This document shows positions 15,851 to 18,520 of a stretch of DNA of 18,520 bases, in pieces. The notes beneath the pieces were generated by a model. The model worked only from the letters and a program-made list of their open reading frames with translations, was not told the DNA's origin and ran no database searches. Each line of letters begins with the position of its first letter. Position 1 is the first letter of the stretch. The position numbers and the translations under genes are program-made. The stretch is from Candidatus Margulisiibacteriota bacterium (GTDB lineage: Bacteria > Margulisbacteria > WOR-1 > O2-12-FULL-45-9), in the NCBI GenBank assembly GCA_043816785.1, contig JBDRHP010000096.1, positions 1 to 18,520 on the forward strand, written 5' to 3'.

Positions 15851-17050
15851 ATGAAAAAAAGTCTTGCGCTTTTAGTTTTATTAGTTCTTGTGATGGGGCT
15901 TGCTGCCTCTGCCCAAATCAAATTTAAGGATGTGCCTGATAATCACTGGGCAGCCCCTGCGGTATATGATTTAGTTAAACTCGGGATAACCAAAGGTTAT
16001 CCGGACGGCACTTTCCGCGGAACGCAACAGATCACCCGCTATGAGACCGCGGTCTTCCTCCAAAAAATGGCTAATTCTATAGACAAGAAAATCGTTTCCA
16101 GAGAGGAAATCCAGCGGATGATCAAAGCTGGCGGAGTCAGCAGCGGCCCGGTTGGGACTGGCGCTCCTCTTTCCGCCTTGATCTATGCCCGATATCAAAA
16201 GGGACTATCCAACAGCACAATTATCAATAATTTTGATATCACCCGCGCCTATCTAACCTTGCAAGGTTCGATCAGCGATAACGCCTCCGGCAAGGTCATC
16301 CTTGATTCTACCCGTGGCGGATCAACTGGCATGCTAGAAACATTTCTAAAATGTGCTTATGTTGATCTAAACAACGTTCTTGAGAAAGGAATAATTCCTG
16401 GCACCACTGTAAACGCTCGAATCGGCTTACAACCAACATATTGGTCAGGCTGGGTTGATGGCTATCTAGGCTTAAGAGTTGTAGCTGCCAGTTTACAATC
16501 TGACCGGGGTTTATTGACAACCGCAGACTTTGGTGTTGGTCTTTTGGGCTCACTCGATCTTATTGGATTCAAAACCAATTATGTTGTCACTGGCTTGAAC
16601 GGCACAGGATTCACCGCTGCTGAAACCAACTCCGCCAAGGACGTTGGCATCAAGCTGGATTCTGAAGTCATGCCCGGCTTAACTGTCGGCGTTGGCGCTC
16701 ATGCTGCCAACATTGATCAGAACGGCACCGGCAGCAAACAAGCCAACCTCTTGGTTGGTTACAAAGCCGACAACTACAAAACCTACCTTGAAGCTCTTTA
16801 TGGGCTGGGTGGTTTAGGTATTAGCGTTGCCGGACTCTATGATGTCACAGATGTTGTGGGATTATTTGGCCGTGTTGACCAGTGGGATCCAAACCGCAGT
16901 GTCAGCGATGACCAAACAACCAACCTGTGGGCAGGCGTTACTTATGACTGGAACAGCAATGTCATGCTGGTTGGCGATCTTATGTCATCAACCGTTGGCA
17001 CTGGCAACGCCTCTCTCGTAGGAACGTTAAGAACTCAAATCAGTCTGTAA
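15851..17050 (+). CDS. secreted SLH-domain protein with a predicted C-terminal outer-membrane beta-barrel (porin)
   Basis: Signal peptide MKKSLALLVLL...ASA, SLH motif FKDVPDNHWA...GYPDGTFRG...TRYE, then amphipathic beta-strand patterns ending LRTQISL. An alternative in-frame start at 15809 also has an SD. Confidence 0.8.
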   Translation: MKKSLALLVLLVLVMGLAASAQIKFKDVPDNHWAAPAVYDLVKLGITKGYPDGTFRGTQQITRYETAVFLQKMANSIDKKIVSREEIQRMIKAGGVSSGPVGTGAPLSALIYARYQKGLSNSTIINNFDITRAYLTLQGSISDNASGKVILDSTRGGSTGMLETFLKCAYVDLNNVLEKGIIPGTTVNARIGLQPTYWSGWVDGYLGLRVVAASLQSDRGLLTTADFGVGLLGSLDLIGFKTNYVVTGLNGTGFTAAETNSAKDVGIKLDSEVMPGLTVGVGAHAANIDQNGTGSKQANLLVGYKADNYKTYLEALYGLGGLGISVAGLYDVTDVVGLFGRVDQWDPNRSVSDDQTTNLWAGVTYDWNSNVMLVGDLMSSTVGTGNASLVGTLRTQISL

Positions 17051-17058
17051 TTGATTGG

Positions 17059-17169
17059 TTCTCCGACCCCGCAGACCTGTTAAATGGTCTGCGGGGCGGC
17101 AGGGCCAGGCTGGAAACGGCCTGACCTCCCTTGTCCCGAGCTTGTCGAGGGACATTTTGGAAAGGAGAA
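17059..17169 (+). ncRNA. Moco RNA motif riboswitch, P3-less (Tuco-type) variant
   Basis: P1 UUCUCC/GGAGAA sequesters the tupA SD; P2 CCCCGCAGACC/GGUCUGCGGGG; P4 AGGGCCAGGCUG-GAAA-CGGCCUGACCU; CUCCC...UUUGGAAAGGAG 3' end; directly upstream of tupA. Confidence 0.8.
17132..17154. repeat. REP-like short palindromic element inside the riboswitch
   Basis: TGTCCC-GAGCTTGTCGA-GGGACA; the reverse strand reads CCCTCGACAAGCTCGGG, a variant of the widespread CTTCGACAAGCTCAG-type miniature repeat. Confidence 0.55.
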
Positions 17170-17173
17170 AACA

Positions 17174-17971
17174 ATGAAACGGTTAATTTTACTATTATTA
17201 TCCCTGTGTCTTTTTATCTCCCCTGTTCTGGCCACAAATGTCATTAAACTGGCCACAACTACTTCAACTGATAATTCTGGACTGCTAAAAGCCCTGATCC
17301 CGCCTTTTGAAAAACAGTATGATGCGAGGGTCGATATTATCGCTGTAGGTACCGGCAAAGCGATCAAATTAGGCGAGAACGGTGACGTGGACGTGGTCCT
17401 GGTCCATGCCAGGGCAGCCGAGGACAAGTTCGTTAATAACGGCTTTGGCGTAAACCGCCGCGATGTGATGTACAATGATTTTATCATACTCGGTCCCAAG
17501 GCCGACCCAGCCGGCGTAAAAGGCTCTAAAGACGCGGCTGAAGCTTTGACAAAGATCGCCAAAGCCCTGGCAACTTTTGTTTCCCGCGGCGACAATTCAG
17601 GAACGCACCAAAAGGAACAAGAGCTCTGGCAGCTGGCCAAGATCGAACCCAAAGGCAGCTGGTACAATGCCGCTGGTCAAGGCATGGGCGCGGCCCTGCA
17701 GATAGCTGACGAAAAACAAGGTTATGTGTTAGCCGACAGAGGAACATACCTCGCTTACATGGATAAAATTGACCTCGAGATCAGTTATGAAGGAGACAAA
17801 GTGCTTAATAACCCCTACGGAGTTATCGCGGTCAATCCTGCAGTCCATAATAAAAGCAATTATCTTGGCGCCATGATGCTGATCGGCTGGCTAACATCAG
17901 TTGATGGTCAAAAGATCATTAATAACTATAAGGTGAACAGTGAACAGCTATTTAAGCCAATCAATATTTAA
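17174..17971 (+). CDS. tupA: tungstate ABC transporter substrate-binding protein
   Basis: Signal peptide, LATTTSTDNSGLL (TTTS signature), VGTGKA, LVHA, MYNDF, SRGDNSGTH, DRGT. Start corrected from 17084 to the ATG at 17174 after AAAGGAG. Confidence 0.93.
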   Translation: MKRLILLLLSLCLFISPVLATNVIKLATTTSTDNSGLLKALIPPFEKQYDARVDIIAVGTGKAIKLGENGDVDVVLVHARAAEDKFVNNGFGVNRRDVMYNDFIILGPKADPAGVKGSKDAAEALTKIAKALATFVSRGDNSGTHQKEQELWQLAKIEPKGSWYNAAGQGMGAALQIADEKQGYVLADRGTYLAYMDKIDLEISYEGDKVLNNPYGVIAVNPAVHNKSNYLGAMMLIGWLTSVDGQKIINNYKVNSEQLFKPINI

Positions 17972-18520
17972 ATCATTGGAACTAATATTTAGTTTTGATC
18001 CGGATGTCTATTTTATCGTTTGGACATCGGTTCGGATCGCGACCACCTCAGCGATCCTGGCTACTCTGGCGGGAGTTCCGCTCGGTTTGTTCCTGGCAAT
18101 AAGGAAGTTTAAAGGGAAAAGAGTGGTTACAACGATCTTGAACACGCTGATGGCCCTACCAACTGTTGTGATCGGCCTGCTGGTCTATTCTTTTATAACC
18201 CGACGCGCGCCTATCGGCTCTTTGGGCCTTTTGTTCACGCCAACAGCCATCGTAATCGGCCAATTTATCCTCGCCTGTCCGATCATCACAGCTATGGTCT
18301 ACACTATTACTCAGGGCAAAGAGAAAAAAATACTCAAAACAGCTTATGGCCTGGGCGCTTCCCCTGCTGAAGCGCTGAAGATCTTCCTCTGGGAGATCAA
18401 GATCCCGTTGTTGGCTGCTGTTATGGCTGGTTTTGGCCGGGTTATCGGCGAAGTCGGTGTTTCCATGATGCTCGGAGGCAATATTTACGGCCTGACCAGA
18501 ACAATGACCACGGCGATCGC
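17940..18520 (+). CDS. tupB: tungstate ABC transporter permease (3'-truncated by window edge); not in ORF track
   Basis: Hand-translated from GTG 17940: MNSYLSQSIFKSLELIFSFDPDVYFIVWTS...NTLMALPTVVIGL...GFGRVIGEVGVSMMLGGNIYGLTRTMTTAI; overlaps the tupA end by 32 nt. Confidence 0.88.
   Translation, partial: MNSYLSQSIFKSLELIFSFDPDVYFIVWTSVRIATTSAILATLAGVPLGLFLAIRKFKGKRVVTTILNTLMALPTVVIGLLVYSFITRRAPIGSLGLLFTPTAIVIGQFILACPIITAMVYTITQGKEKKILKTAYGLGASPAEALKIFLWEIKIPLLAAVMAGFGRVIGEVGVSMMLGGNIYGLTRTMTTAI

Noticed and set aside
17067..17096. 11-bp hairpin after the porin as an intrinsic terminator
   Set aside because: No U-tract; better explained as P2 of the Moco/Tuco RNA.
17080..17667. 195-aa antisense ORF and the other antisense or alternate-frame ORFs in the track
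   Set aside because: They lie opposite or within well-supported genes, with no motifs or SDs; typical shadow ORFs.
1..18520. CRISPR array, tRNA/rRNA, transposase or integrase
   Set aside because: No regularly spaced repeats, RNA-gene signatures or recombinase motifs seen; nearly all sequence is explained by the listed genes.

Overview
Bacterial chromosomal window, probably from an anaerobic diderm (SLH-domain porin, Rex, NikR, many ferredoxins); lineage cannot be fixed from sequence alone. Left part: a 5'-truncated DUF1015 gene converges on a minus-strand unit yraN-comM(yifB)-43 aa ORF-DUF3276/PUR-like-47 aa ORF-ORF6N, preceded by a sigma54-type promoter and a TGTCG-N6-CGACA palindrome. Next come hup and a minus-strand redox cluster (DUF1858, 8-Cys protein, glutaredoxin, ferredoxin, GPH-type MFS, ferredoxin) divergent from nikR-nikM-nikN. 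Right part: rex and a Rex-boxed operon: FNT formate channel, mobA, fdhD, Cys-type formate dehydrogenase alpha, AsrA-like and AsrB-like subunits (sulfhydrogenase beta/gamma type), an SLH-porin, then a P3-less Moco-family (Tuco-type) riboswitch carrying a REP-like insertion ahead of tupA-tupB. The best candidate novel system is a Rex-controlled, probably tungsten-dependent NAD(P)-linked formate dehydrogenase that uses an AsrAB/HydBG-type diaphorase and comes with its own channel, porin and tungstate importer.
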